Virus record (IMG/VR): IMGVR_UViG_3300020169_000014
Location: 52,226 to 72,225 of that record
Length of the DNA: 20,000 nucleotides
Source: an uncultured virus (IMG/VR IMGVR_UViG_3300020169_000014)
Lineage: Duplodnaviria; Heunggongvirae; Uroviricota; Caudoviricetes
Reading direction: 5' to 3' (one strand)
The position numbers and the translations under genes are program-made. The first letter of the stretch is position 1; each line of letters starts with the position of its first letter. Of the stretch, positions 8,147 to 16,226 are shown piece by piece. The notes below the pieces were generated by a model. It searched no databases. It was not told the DNA's origin and saw nothing but the letters and a program-made list of their open reading frames with translations.

Positions 8147-9288
8147 TAGAAACCTCCTTCAGATACGTCTTTGCGTACTAGTGCTTTCGTCTCTTGGAAA
8201 CTCAAGGTCATGTCAACTTCCATGAAGTTACCATCCTCGTGCATTGCCATTTGAGATGAGTTGAACGTTGTAGATACATCACGGAGATAACAGGGTTTGA
8301 TCTTAGCAAGGCCTGGAATCTTTCTTCCGTCATATTCGAATTCTATATTAAACTTGTTGGGGAATTTATAACCCAGTGATATTGGATTAGGTGCGCCAAT
8401 ATCAGCGGTGATCTCATCAGGATATAATTCAGTTCGCAACAGTCTTATAATTTCATTGATCTCTCTTGCTTCACTTGCGGATCTTGCGATCATCTTAAAC
8501 GCAAATGCAAACTCACGAATGTTTGGTTGTTTGAACAAAACCCGTGAATTGGGGTTGAGTGTAACACCACCTGCGAGTTTTGAAACTGCTTGTGCCTCTG
8601 CACCAAAAGAACCAAACTTAGATGCGAGTTGTACACCTGCAAGTTTCGCAAGATCTGTATTGTCGCCCGAAGTGAGATTACTTACAAATGAACCCAAACC
8701 TTTAACCATAGATGATGCGAACCCAAGACCCGCTTCCATAGTTGCGCCAGTAGCACCAAGATCGAAGTTCTCGTATGTTACATTGTCACGGAACGATAGT
8801 CCCATGGGGAGATATAAACTAATAGAACTAGTAGTTATGGGAATACTCTCTTTGGTAGAATTGGATTGTTTCTCAAGTCCTTCATATGATCTTATCTGTT
8901 CTATCAGTTCTTTTTCTTTCTGTAGAAGTTGTTGCTTTTCTAACTCTTCAGAACCAGTAAAGAAACTACCTTCAATTTCTTCATTCAATTCTTTAACTCT
9001 ACCTTTAAGAGCTTCAAGATCACCTTTCAACTTCTTTGTCTGTGCAGAAAATACATTGACATTACTTGTGCCGGTGGATTTGTCTTCATTCACACTGAAA
9101 ATGACCCGTGCCTTGTAATCGGTATCGTCTATTGGGTACCTGAGTTGTCTAACACTCCCTTCACCGCCCACAGTTTCTCCGACTGGTACTGCCGGTGGTT
9201 GTTGTTTTGCACCACCACCAGCGGCAAGTCTAATCTGTTCCGGAGTGAGTTTGTCTCCGACCTTTACGTCATATATATTATCAGGCAT
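8146..9288 (-). CDS. gp48: Baseplate tail tube cap gp48
   Basis: Motifs LRYP, ISLYLP, NPNSRVLFKQPNIREFAFAFKMIARSASEA, FPNKFNIEF, KIKPCYL and MTLSFQET. Confidence 0.9.
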   Translation of the reverse strand: MPDNIYDVKVGDKLTPEQIRLAAGGGAKQQPPAVPVGETVGGEGSVRQLRYPIDDTDYKARVIFSVNEDKSTGTSNVNVFSAQTKKLKGDLEALKGRVKELNEEIEGSFFTGSEELEKQQLLQKEKELIEQIRSYEGLEKQSNSTKESIPITTSSISLYLPMGLSFRDNVTYENFDLGATGATMEAGLGFASSMVKGLGSFVSNLTSGDNTDLAKLAGVQLASKFGSFGAEAQAVSKLAGGVTLNPNSRVLFKQPNIREFAFAFKMIARSASEAREINEIIRLLRTELYPDEITADIGAPNPISLGYKFPNKFNIEFEYDGRKIPGLAKIKPCYLRDVSTTFNSSQMAMHEDGNFMEVDMTLSFQETKALVRKDVSEGGF

Positions 9289-9298
9289 TTATCCGATC

Positions 9299-9306
9299 CA
9301 TAAATA
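9299..9306 (+). promoter_or_regulatory. Probable late promoter variant (CATAAATA) for the gp4 operon
   Basis: 7/8 match to TATAAATA, 33 nt upstream of the gp4 ATG, in the divergent intergenic region. Confidence 0.65.
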
Positions 9307-9332
9307 GGTTAAAATCTTTAAAACTTTAAAAC

Positions 9333-9340
9333 TATTTATA
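9333..9340 (-). promoter_or_regulatory. T4-type late promoter (TATAAATA) for the gp48 baseplate operon
   Basis: Exact consensus on the - strand, 44 nt upstream of the gp48 ATG. Confidence 0.85.
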
Positions 9341-9846
9341 TGAAAACTTACAAAGGAAAATACAAAATCCGGAATGAATCCAAGTATCTTGGTGATCCCA
9401 AGAATGTGGTGTATCGTTCGGGATGGGAAAAGGCTGTCATGATATGGTGTGACGACAATCCCAATGTGGTTGGTTGGGTAAGTGAAGAAGTTATTATACC
9501 ATATATTTGCGAGACTGACAAGCGTCCCCATCGTTATTTCATGGACTTTATGGTCAAGTACAAGGATGGACGCACTGTACTGATCGAAGTCAAACCGCAT
9601 AAAGAGACAATCAAACCCAAGACCGGACAAGGAAGACCTCGAAGACAAGTACTTAGTGAAACATTGACATATATTAAAAACATAAGTAAGTGGACAGCGA
9701 CCGAGAAGTATGTTGCGGATAGAGGTTGGCACTTTGAAATATGGGACGAACATAAACTAAGGGCCATGGGAATTTTACCCAAACCATTAGGAAAGAAACC
9801 AATTAAACCATTGAAGAAAATGAAACCGTATAAGAGAAAGAAGTGA
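9340..9846 (+). CDS. gp4: Head completion protein gp4 (TnsA-like PD-(D/E)xK nuclease)
   Basis: Motifs KYLGDPKNVVYRSGWE, WCDDNPNVVGWVSEEVIIPY, HRYFMDF, IEVKP and KW..A..Y...RGWHFEI. Confidence 0.95.
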   Translation: MKTYKGKYKIRNESKYLGDPKNVVYRSGWEKAVMIWCDDNPNVVGWVSEEVIIPYICETDKRPHRYFMDFMVKYKDGRTVLIEVKPHKETIKPKTGQGRPRRQVLSETLTYIKNISKWTATEKYVADRGWHFEIWDEHKLRAMGILPKPLGKKPIKPLKKMKPYKRKK

Positions 9847-10445
9847 TTAACAAGAAAGTATATTTTATAGGAATGAACAAGATTGCAACCACGTCATTCC
9901 ACGAGTTATTTAAAGCATCAGGATACCGGTCATGGCATTATTCCTGCATGGACGAATTTACTGGGGAACCGTTGGTACTCGCACAACAGATGGGACAGAA
10001 TGTTGATGAAAATAAATATGTGATGAAAAGTATTGATCATGCACAGGTCTATAGTGATTTGTTTTTCCATCGTGATTATGCGTGGGTAGATGGCGTCAAG
10101 TGGTTCGACAAACTCTACAATAATAATCCAAATGCTTATTTTATATTGCAGACTCGTGATATGGAAGACTGGTTGGACAGTAAACGTAGACACAAGGACG
10201 GTGATTATATGAGACGTTGTTGTGAATATCATGACCTAGAGCCAGATGAGATGTTAGAATGGTTCCGCAATGATCGAGAAGAACATGAAGATAATGTTCG
10301 TTCTTTTTTTACAAACAAGAAGTATGCAAATTTCCTTGAATGGAACCTCAATACCGACCACATATCGAAGTTGATCAATTTCGTCAAACCAGACTTTATA
10401 CTCAAAGAAAAAGATTGGGGGCGTCATGGCAAACTATATAAATAA
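9843..10445 (+). CDS. Sulfotransferase-family protein (P-loop, PAPS-binding)
   Basis: N-terminal KVYFIGMNKIATTSF matches the 5'-PSB loop and AYFILQTRDMEDWLDS matches the 3'-PB region. The GTG start overlaps the gp4 stop. Confidence 0.8.
   Translation: MINKKVYFIGMNKIATTSFHELFKASGYRSWHYSCMDEFTGEPLVLAQQMGQNVDENKYVMKSIDHAQVYSDLFFHRDYAWVDGVKWFDKLYNNNPNAYFILQTRDMEDWLDSKRRHKDGDYMRRCCEYHDLEPDEMLEWFRNDREEHEDNVRSFFTNKKYANFLEWNLNTDHISKLINFVKPDFILKEKDWGRHGKLYK
10437..10444 (+). promoter_or_regulatory. T4-type late promoter (TATAAATA) for gp2-gp54-gp26-TMP
   Basis: Exact consensus overlapping the sulfotransferase stop, 27 nt upstream of the gp2 ATG. Confidence 0.85.
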
Positions 10446-10471
10446 AGACATGGATTTTAACAGGAAGACAC

Positions 10472-11056
10472 ATGTCTGACATATTCAATAGATTAGAACG
10501 ACAGGCATTCCGTGCGGGTATTACACCTCGGACGAAGGAAAGTCGTGCGTGGTTTCTGAAGAAAGCACAGAATATGCGGGGTATCAATCGAGAGTCTTTG
10601 ATGAAGGAAGAACCCATCAAGGCAAGATCTAAACAGATCATTGGTGGTATGTTCATGTTTACCTATGATCCTAAACATAAAGACAAACTACCATACTATG
10701 ATGCATTTCCATTGGTGATTGTTCTTGGGCCTGCGAAGGGTGGATTCTTAGGATTGAATCTACACTATCTACCACCCAAGTTGAGGATGCAGTTCTTTGC
10801 GAACATCATGGATATCCAAGGTAGTAAGTTGAGTGAAGATGATAAGTTTTCTTTGACATATAGAATGTTAAAGAAATCTTCGAATCTGAGATACTTCAAA
10901 CCATGTGTTAAACATTATTTGAATTCTCAGGTCACCAGTCGTTTTGCGGAAGTACCTGCACCAGAATGGGAGATTGCAATCTTTCTGCCAACCGCACAGT
11001 TCCGCAAACGAAACAGTTATAAGGTTCATTACGATAGTAGGCAGATGATACGATGA
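10472..11056 (+). CDS. gp2: DNA end protector protein gp2
   Basis: Motifs SRAWF, MFTYDPKHKDKLPYYDAFPLV, GFLGLNLHYLPPKLR, KPCVKHYL and WEIAIFLPTAQF. Confidence 0.95.
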   Translation: MSDIFNRLERQAFRAGITPRTKESRAWFLKKAQNMRGINRESLMKEEPIKARSKQIIGGMFMFTYDPKHKDKLPYYDAFPLVIVLGPAKGGFLGLNLHYLPPKLRMQFFANIMDIQGSKLSEDDKFSLTYRMLKKSSNLRYFKPCVKHYLNSQVTSRFAEVPAPEWEIAIFLPTAQFRKRNSYKVHYDSRQMIR

Positions 11057-11781
11057 GTGCAGGATTTTCAATCGAAGACCTAAAGGGTCAAATAGGTGGT
11101 TCAGGTGGACTTGCGAAAGCAAACCAGTTCATGGTTCAACTACCCCAACTAGAGAATTTCAGAGTAGATGCGAGAGAGTTGAATTTATTCTGTACGGTCG
11201 CTGCATTACCTGGCCGACAGATCATGAGTTTAGATCATGCGATTGGTACAACCAACCGAAAGATTGCGAATGGATATGCAACAACAGATCTGACATTGAC
11301 TTTTCTGGTTGCGAACAATCACATCATTCGTCAGTACTTCGAAGCGTGGCAGAATGAAGCACACGATCAGGTAAATCGAACTGTAGGTTATTTCGAAGAC
11401 TACACTAAAACAGTTCAGATTTCTACTATGGAAAGAGGTCTTAGATTAAGTATTGTTAAGAAACAATTAGGATTTGTAGATAAGGTACCGAGTTTCTTAA
11501 AGAATCGATTACCAAAGATAGGCCCTTTTGATCTTTCTCAAGGAGAACTTGATCTTGGTGGTTCCTTTTCTATGAAGACTACATATACATGTAACCTGTT
11601 GGAATGTTATCCAACATCATTGACTGATCAAACATTGGGTAATGGTGAAGAAGGTGTTATGGAATTGAGTGTACAATTGTCGTATACTGATTGGGAAAGT
11701 GTGGTCGGTGACTACACTAAAGAAGGTGAAGATATTGCACGTGGTGCGGTAAGCGGAGTCTTTGCAAAATTATTTGGTTAA
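11053..11781 (+). CDS. gp54: Baseplate tail tube initiator gp54 (gp19 tube-protein fold)
   Basis: Motifs GGLAKANQFMV, LFCTVAALPGR, RQYFEAWQ, LLECYPTSL and LSVQLSYTDW. It lies between gp2 and gp26. Confidence 0.8.
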   Translation: MSAGFSIEDLKGQIGGSGGLAKANQFMVQLPQLENFRVDARELNLFCTVAALPGRQIMSLDHAIGTTNRKIANGYATTDLTLTFLVANNHIIRQYFEAWQNEAHDQVNRTVGYFEDYTKTVQISTMERGLRLSIVKKQLGFVDKVPSFLKNRLPKIGPFDLSQGELDLGGSFSMKTTYTCNLLECYPTSLTDQTLGNGEEGVMELSVQLSYTDWESVVGDYTKEGEDIARGAVSGVFAKLFG

Positions 11782-11796
11782 TTATTGGAGAATATA

Positions 11797-12504
11797 ATGG
11801 CATTACCTAAGTTAAACTCGACACCACAATATAGTTGTGTTATCCCTTCAACCAAAGAGACGATTAAATATCGTCCCTATTTGGTGAAAGAAGAAAAGAT
11901 TCTAATGATCGCATTCGAGACCGGAGATCAGAAGGCTGCATTAAATGCAATCATCAATACTCTCCAAGCCTGTATCGAAGGTGAAGTTGGAGTAGCAGAC
12001 TTAACAACATTTGATGTTGAGTATTTGTTCACCCAAGTCAGATCAAGATCTGTTGGTGAGAATGCGAAGATTTTAGTCCCATGTGGTTCGTGTGGACATA
12101 AGAATGAAATTGATATTGAGTTATCAAACATCGAGATCGTGTATCCCGAGAACTTTAATTCCCGAATCGAGATCACAGATCAGGTTGCGGTAGAGATGAA
12201 GTATCCTTCATATTCAGATGTACTGTCTATGAATTTCGAGAGTGATCAGACCGAGATGGGTATGCAGATTCTTGCTCAATCCATCGATGCGATCTTGACC
12301 GAAGACGAAAGAATTTCCACGAAGGATGTGGGTAACAAAGAAGTGATGGACTTCATTGAGTCTATGACATCTGACCAATTTAAAAAGATGTCTGATTTCT
12401 TAGAGTCGATACCTTCATTGAAGAAAGAGATTAAACAACCTTGTTTGGATTGTGGAGAAACAATCGAACGAACATTGCAAGGGATTAGCGATTTTTTATC
12501 ATAA
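11797..12504 (+). CDS. gp26: Baseplate hub assembly protein gp26
   Basis: Motifs MALPKL..P.Y, KYRPYLVKEEKILMIA, FDVEYLFTQVRSRSVGE, two CxxC pairs, MKYP and the C-terminal LQGISDF. Start moved from TTG 11785 to ATG 11797, which has GGAG 6 nt upstream. Confidence 0.92.
   Translation: MALPKLNSTPQYSCVIPSTKETIKYRPYLVKEEKILMIAFETGDQKAALNAIINTLQACIEGEVGVADLTTFDVEYLFTQVRSRSVGENAKILVPCGSCGHKNEIDIELSNIEIVYPENFNSRIEITDQVAVEMKYPSYSDVLSMNFESDQTEMGMQILAQSIDAILTEDERISTKDVGNKEVMDFIESMTSDQFKKMSDFLESIPSLKKEIKQPCLDCGETIERTLQGISDFLS
12492..12498 (+). other. Putative -1 programmed ribosomal frameshift site, T TTT TTA
   Basis: X XXY YYZ heptamer in the correct phase, one sense codon before the gp26 stop. It links to the open -1 frame 12489-12692. 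Confidence 0.75.
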
Positions 12505-12692
12505 ACCTTTCTCACGATAATTTGGTCAATCATTATAAGACCAACTTTTCGTTGATGCAACATCATCATTATAGTCTAGGTGAGTTAGATATGATGATGC
12601 CGTGGGAAAGGGAGATTTACGTTAGTATGTTAATTGATTATGTGAAGGAAGAAAACGACCGTATAAAACAAGAACAACAAAGAAATGGATAA
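12498..12692 (+). CDS. gp51: gp51-like baseplate hub assembly module, probably the frameshift extension of gp26
   Basis: Not in the ORF track. Translated by hand: IINLSHDNLVNHYKTNFSLMQHHHYSLGELDMMMPWEREIYVSMLIDYVKEENDRIKQEQQRNG*. The YxTNFxLMQHHxYSL..PWEREIY motif is typical of the short gp51 ORFs of T4-like phages. Confidence 0.88.
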   Translation: MINLSHDNLVNHYKTNFSLMQHHHYSLGELDMMMPWEREIYVSMLIDYVKEENDRIKQEQQRNG

Positions 12693-12698
12693 ACCAAA

Positions 12699-14876
12699 AT
12701 GGCAGAACAGAACTTAGGTAACGCGATAGAACTCCTTAGAACGGAGAACGCAAAGCAATCCGCAGACCAAGTACAGTCTACAGATCAGATCAATAAGAAC
12801 ATTGAAAAGTTCCTAAAGGGTCTGGCTGCCATGGCGGGTGACAAAGAAGAAGAGAGACGCGACAAGAAGAAAGATAAACCAGAAGGCGCTGTAGGGTTTA
12901 AGAAATCTGATATCACCGGTGGTTTCGGATTGGCTGGAATGGTCGGTGGTATTCTTGCAGCAGTTACAGGATTTGCGGTAGGTGTAGTAGATGCCTTCAA
13001 ACGACTCCTGAGTAACTTGATTCCTAAGTCTATCAAGAATGCATTTAAGAATTTGAGTAATGCATTTAAGGCAGGAACGAATGGTGTTAAGGGTCTGTCT
13101 AAAGCTGCGAATGGCGCTTTCCGATCACTCAACACTATAGAAAAGGGTATTCGTGCATTAGGTGTTGGATTCCAGTTTGCAGTCGATAAGTTAAAATCTG
13201 CGGGTAAATTAATCCAAGGCGGTTTCCTCAAAACAGTTAATGGGATTAAGAGTGCTATACTTTTCCTCGCCAAACCTTTCATTGCAATCAACAAGGCATT
13301 TAGTGGGGCACAAGGTGGTATTGGTTTCCTTTCAAAAGCAAGTGCAACCATAGGAGAATTCTTTAAGGGTATTGGAACCAAGATTAAAGGTTTCACTGAC
13401 CTGTTCGGTAAGTCAGGATTCCTCGGTAAAATCTTTAATGTGTTCCGAGCACTAGGAACCAAGATTCCTGTTATCGGTCAGATCATCGCTGGTGTGATGG
13501 CAATCTTCGATGGTTTCGGTGACGCGGCCAAAGAGGTTGGTGGTTTCGGTAGTAAAATAATCAGATTCCTTACTTCTGGAATAGGTACATTCTTTGGTGT
13601 AGTGATTGGTGGTATCGGAGATCTTGTCAAGTGGGCTGTGAGTAAACTTGCGGGTTTATTTGGTCTTGATAAAGTAAGTGCATTTCTAGACTCGTTTTCA
13701 TTCGAAGAAATAATCATTGATATGTTCGATAGTCTTGGTACTATGTTGATTGATGCTAAAGACTTTGTAGTTGGTGCCTTTACCGGTGGGTTCGACAATT
13801 TCATGTCTAAATTACCAACTATGATTAAAACTGTTCTTGACTATACAATATTTGCGATACCCACTCTTTTGTCCAAAGCTGCACAATTTATTGGTGATGC
13901 GCTTGGTTTTGATATGAGTATGTTAGATGGTTTCAGTCCAACACAATATTTAATAGATATGATGGCATCTGTCACAAAAGTTGTTTCAGATTCATTTAAC
14001 TGGATCGTTGATAAAGTTACCAACTTTGATTTTGGTGCAGCACTAGGTGCAGCACTTGATTGGGGTCATGAGATGATGATGAAATTAAAAGGCATCATCG
14101 CAGGTATTTTACCAGACGCAGATTCATGGGCAGGTAAACTGATTCCAGATGCGGTCTATGATTATGTGAATGAAGCTCCACCTAAACCAGTAGAGAAAGC
14201 AAAGGAAGAACCAGTCGCACAAATGGATTTGGGTGAAGATGCGCCTGGCGCATTGACTCAAAAAGACGTTATCGGTATTAGTGCAGAAGAACAAGCATCC
14301 AACGTTGTATCACTCGAAGCTGCACGTGCCGGAGATACTTCAGTTGGTGATGACCTAGACTCGATATCTGTCACTCCCAAGGAGATGAATGAGGTAACTA
14401 AACAGTTCATCAAAGATATGGAAGATCCCCAATGGATGGCTGAGGCAGCGGAAAAACGCAAGAAGCGTGAAGAAGACTTCGCAAAAATGGAAGAGGGATC
14501 TAAGAAGGCACGACTATCCAGAGAAGAAAAACTTGCTGTCATGAAAGAAAAACGTGATGCAAGGATGTTGGAAAGAGAAAACAAATACCGCGCAATGAAA
14601 GAGTCCGGTATGAAGGACGGCGAGAAACTTTCAGCCGACCAATTAGGACAGGTTGATCGTAGTCTCGAAAGAATTGAAGCAATCAAAAAGTATCGTGGTG
14701 TGGATGTTGATAATATGTCTAGAGAGAATGCACGTTCTAGTGGTGGAAACGCAGTCACAGTAGTTGCACCATCTTCACAGAACGTGACAAACAATACCAA
14801 TCAAAGTACTGCTGCGATTATGTCACAGAATCAACCGACAGTTGATCAGAACGATAGGACTTATGCTGTAGCATAA
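12699..14876 (+). CDS. Tail tape measure / baseplate hub protein (gp29 equivalent)
   Basis: 725 aa, with G/A/F/K-rich amphipathic helical repeats, a KIPVIGQIIAG motif, hydrophobic segments and an N/T/S/Q-rich C-terminus. It follows gp26/gp51. Confidence 0.8.
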   Translation: MAEQNLGNAIELLRTENAKQSADQVQSTDQINKNIEKFLKGLAAMAGDKEEERRDKKKDKPEGAVGFKKSDITGGFGLAGMVGGILAAVTGFAVGVVDAFKRLLSNLIPKSIKNAFKNLSNAFKAGTNGVKGLSKAANGAFRSLNTIEKGIRALGVGFQFAVDKLKSAGKLIQGGFLKTVNGIKSAILFLAKPFIAINKAFSGAQGGIGFLSKASATIGEFFKGIGTKIKGFTDLFGKSGFLGKIFNVFRALGTKIPVIGQIIAGVMAIFDGFGDAAKEVGGFGSKIIRFLTSGIGTFFGVVIGGIGDLVKWAVSKLAGLFGLDKVSAFLDSFSFEEIIIDMFDSLGTMLIDAKDFVVGAFTGGFDNFMSKLPTMIKTVLDYTIFAIPTLLSKAAQFIGDALGFDMSMLDGFSPTQYLIDMMASVTKVVSDSFNWIVDKVTNFDFGAALGAALDWGHEMMMKLKGIIAGILPDADSWAGKLIPDAVYDYVNEAPPKPVEKAKEEPVAQMDLGEDAPGALTQKDVIGISAEEQASNVVSLEAARAGDTSVGDDLDSISVTPKEMNEVTKQFIKDMEDPQWMAEAAEKRKKREEDFAKMEEGSKKARLSREEKLAVMKEKRDARMLERENKYRAMKESGMKDGEKLSADQLGQVDRSLERIEAIKKYRGVDVDNMSRENARSSGGNAVTVVAPSSQNVTNNTNQSTAAIMSQNQPTVDQNDRTYAVA

Positions 14877-14900
14877 AAAAAGGGGGACTTGCGTCCCCCC
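14875..14900 (-). terminator. Intrinsic terminator between the convergent TMP and gp32 genes
   Basis: On the - strand: GGGGGAC-GCAA-GTCCCCC followed by T7 (7 bp GC-rich stem, GNRA loop). The U-tract is good only in the gp32 direction. Confidence 0.9.
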
Positions 14901-14906
14901 GTGTTA

Positions 14907-15827
14907 CTAGTCTTCTTGTGCCATCTGCGCAAAGTAAGATAGTGTGTCATCTTCCTCCGCGACAGCACCTACCGTTGGTGCAGGAGCAGAAACAATCTCA
15001 GGTTGTGGTGCAGAACGTCCAACGTTCGCTTCCGCAGTCTGAGTTAATGCTTCATTACGGATGGTGGTGTTAGCACCTACCGCAGTACCCAATACCAATT
15101 CCAGACGTGACTCTAATTCCTGATAGGTTTTAAAGTTAGCAGGATCTACGAACTCACCCAAGTCATACTGTTGATTATAAGTGGCTTCGAGTTTAGTCTC
15201 GTCCGACTCATACAATGCAGAAGTGGACTTGAACTCCGACTTATCATAGTTACGGTAACCCGCAACATTACGAATCTTCAGTTCGAAGTCAGCACCATTC
15301 CAAAAATCAAATGGGTTGATAGGAGTTTCGCCAGGGAATTGTGGTTGCATCAGATCCATGATTTTGTCAAAGATCTTCTTACCAAACTCATAGTAAAATA
15401 CTTTACCATTGTTCGATGGGTTTGCAGGATCGTTTACCACAAGGATATTGGACACGTAGTGAAGACGGCGCTTCTGTTTACGTGCAGTTTCTTTGTCATC
15501 TTCGATACCCGAGTTCCACAGACGTGAATTCAGTTCGGATACAGGATCCTTCTGACCGATGGTAGTCAACGATTTCTCGATGTACCATTGACCTTGAGGG
15601 CCTTTGAATCCGTGATCCCAATATCGTACCCAAGGCATATCTTGACCTTCCATTGCAGGAAGGAAACGGACTACTGCGTAACCATTGCCGTTATCATCAA
15701 CGGTTGGTTTCCACTTACGTTCGTCATCGTACTTATTGGTTTTGGTGTTAGTACCAGATGCTTCTTGAGCGGCAGATACTAATTTAGAAATGTCGGTAGA
15801 ACGACTTTTTAGGTTTGCAAAAGACAT
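14907..15827 (-). CDS. gp32: Single-stranded DNA-binding protein gp32
   Basis: Motifs DERKWKP..D..GNGYAVVRFLPA, HGFKGPQGQWYIEKSLTT, NILVVNDP, GKKIFDKI, FDFWNGADFELKI, NYDKSEF and the acidic tail DDTLSYFAQMAQED. Confidence 0.97.
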   Translation of the reverse strand: MSFANLKSRSTDISKLVSAAQEASGTNTKTNKYDDERKWKPTVDDNGNGYAVVRFLPAMEGQDMPWVRYWDHGFKGPQGQWYIEKSLTTIGQKDPVSELNSRLWNSGIEDDKETARKQKRRLHYVSNILVVNDPANPSNNGKVFYYEFGKKIFDKIMDLMQPQFPGETPINPFDFWNGADFELKIRNVAGYRNYDKSEFKSTSALYESDETKLEATYNQQYDLGEFVDPANFKTYQELESRLELVLGTAVGANTTIRNEALTQTAEANVGRSAPQPEIVSAPAPTVGAVAEEDDTLSYFAQMAQED

Positions 15828-15916
15828 ATGTTTTCTCCAGTATGTTCAGCGTTTTCAGTTTATTTACAGTTTTTTTACACAGCGTATTTTCAAATGTTTC
15901 TTGATTGTACCATAGT

Positions 15917-15945
15917 ATTCTAACCTATTTATACACATAAGTCAA
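15917..15945 (-). promoter_or_regulatory. Sigma70-type promoter with a nested T4 late promoter, upstream of gp32
   Basis: TTGACT (15945-15940), a 17 nt spacer, then TAGAAT (15922-15917). TATAAATA at 15933-15926 lies inside the spacer. Confidence 0.82.
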
Positions 15946-15953
15946 GTGTTATT

Positions 15954-16226
15954 TTAAACATCCAGAGAATTAGTTTTCTCTAGGAAGTTCAAATTCATCG
16001 CCTCGGTTTCAAGACAATCTATAATTGAAGGCGTCAAGTACTTCTTAACATCTTCAACTTCCATGTTATTCTTCTCGCACATATGAACAATAGAGTCCAT
16101 ATAGTTAAGTCCGGAACTACGTACCGTCCTCTCCACCATCTTCGAGAACCTCTTCTTGTTCATGAAGTTTTCGCTTGTGTTCGTCTCTTCGGTACTCAGA
16201 TTCGGTACCGTAAATTCTATCGTCAT
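15954..16226 (-). CDS. gp33: Late-transcription coactivator gp33
   Basis: FSKMVERTV...LNYMDSIVHMCEKNNMEVEDVKKYLTPSIIDCLETEAMNLNFL..TNSL matches the gp33 pattern. It lies upstream of gp32. Confidence 0.9.
   Translation of the reverse strand: MTIEFTVPNLSTEETNTSENFMNKKRFSKMVERTVRSSGLNYMDSIVHMCEKNNMEVEDVKKYLTPSIIDCLETEAMNLNFLEKTNSLDV

Noticed and set aside
8408..9118. 236 aa + strand ORF opposite gp48
   Set aside because: Antisense shadow ORF with no recognisable features.
9340..9846. gp4 as a transposase or homing endonuclease because of its TnsA-like motif
   Set aside because: It is the standard T4 head completion protein in its usual context, with no mobile-element ends.
12522..12544. Hairpin TTGGTC-N11-GACCAA downstream of the slippery site as a frameshift stimulator
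   Set aside because: It starts 23 nt after the heptamer, farther than the usual 5-9 nt, and has only a 6 bp stem. Not counted as evidence.
12785..14800. Several - strand ORFs opposite the tape measure gene
   Set aside because: Antisense shadows of a repetitive helical protein gene.
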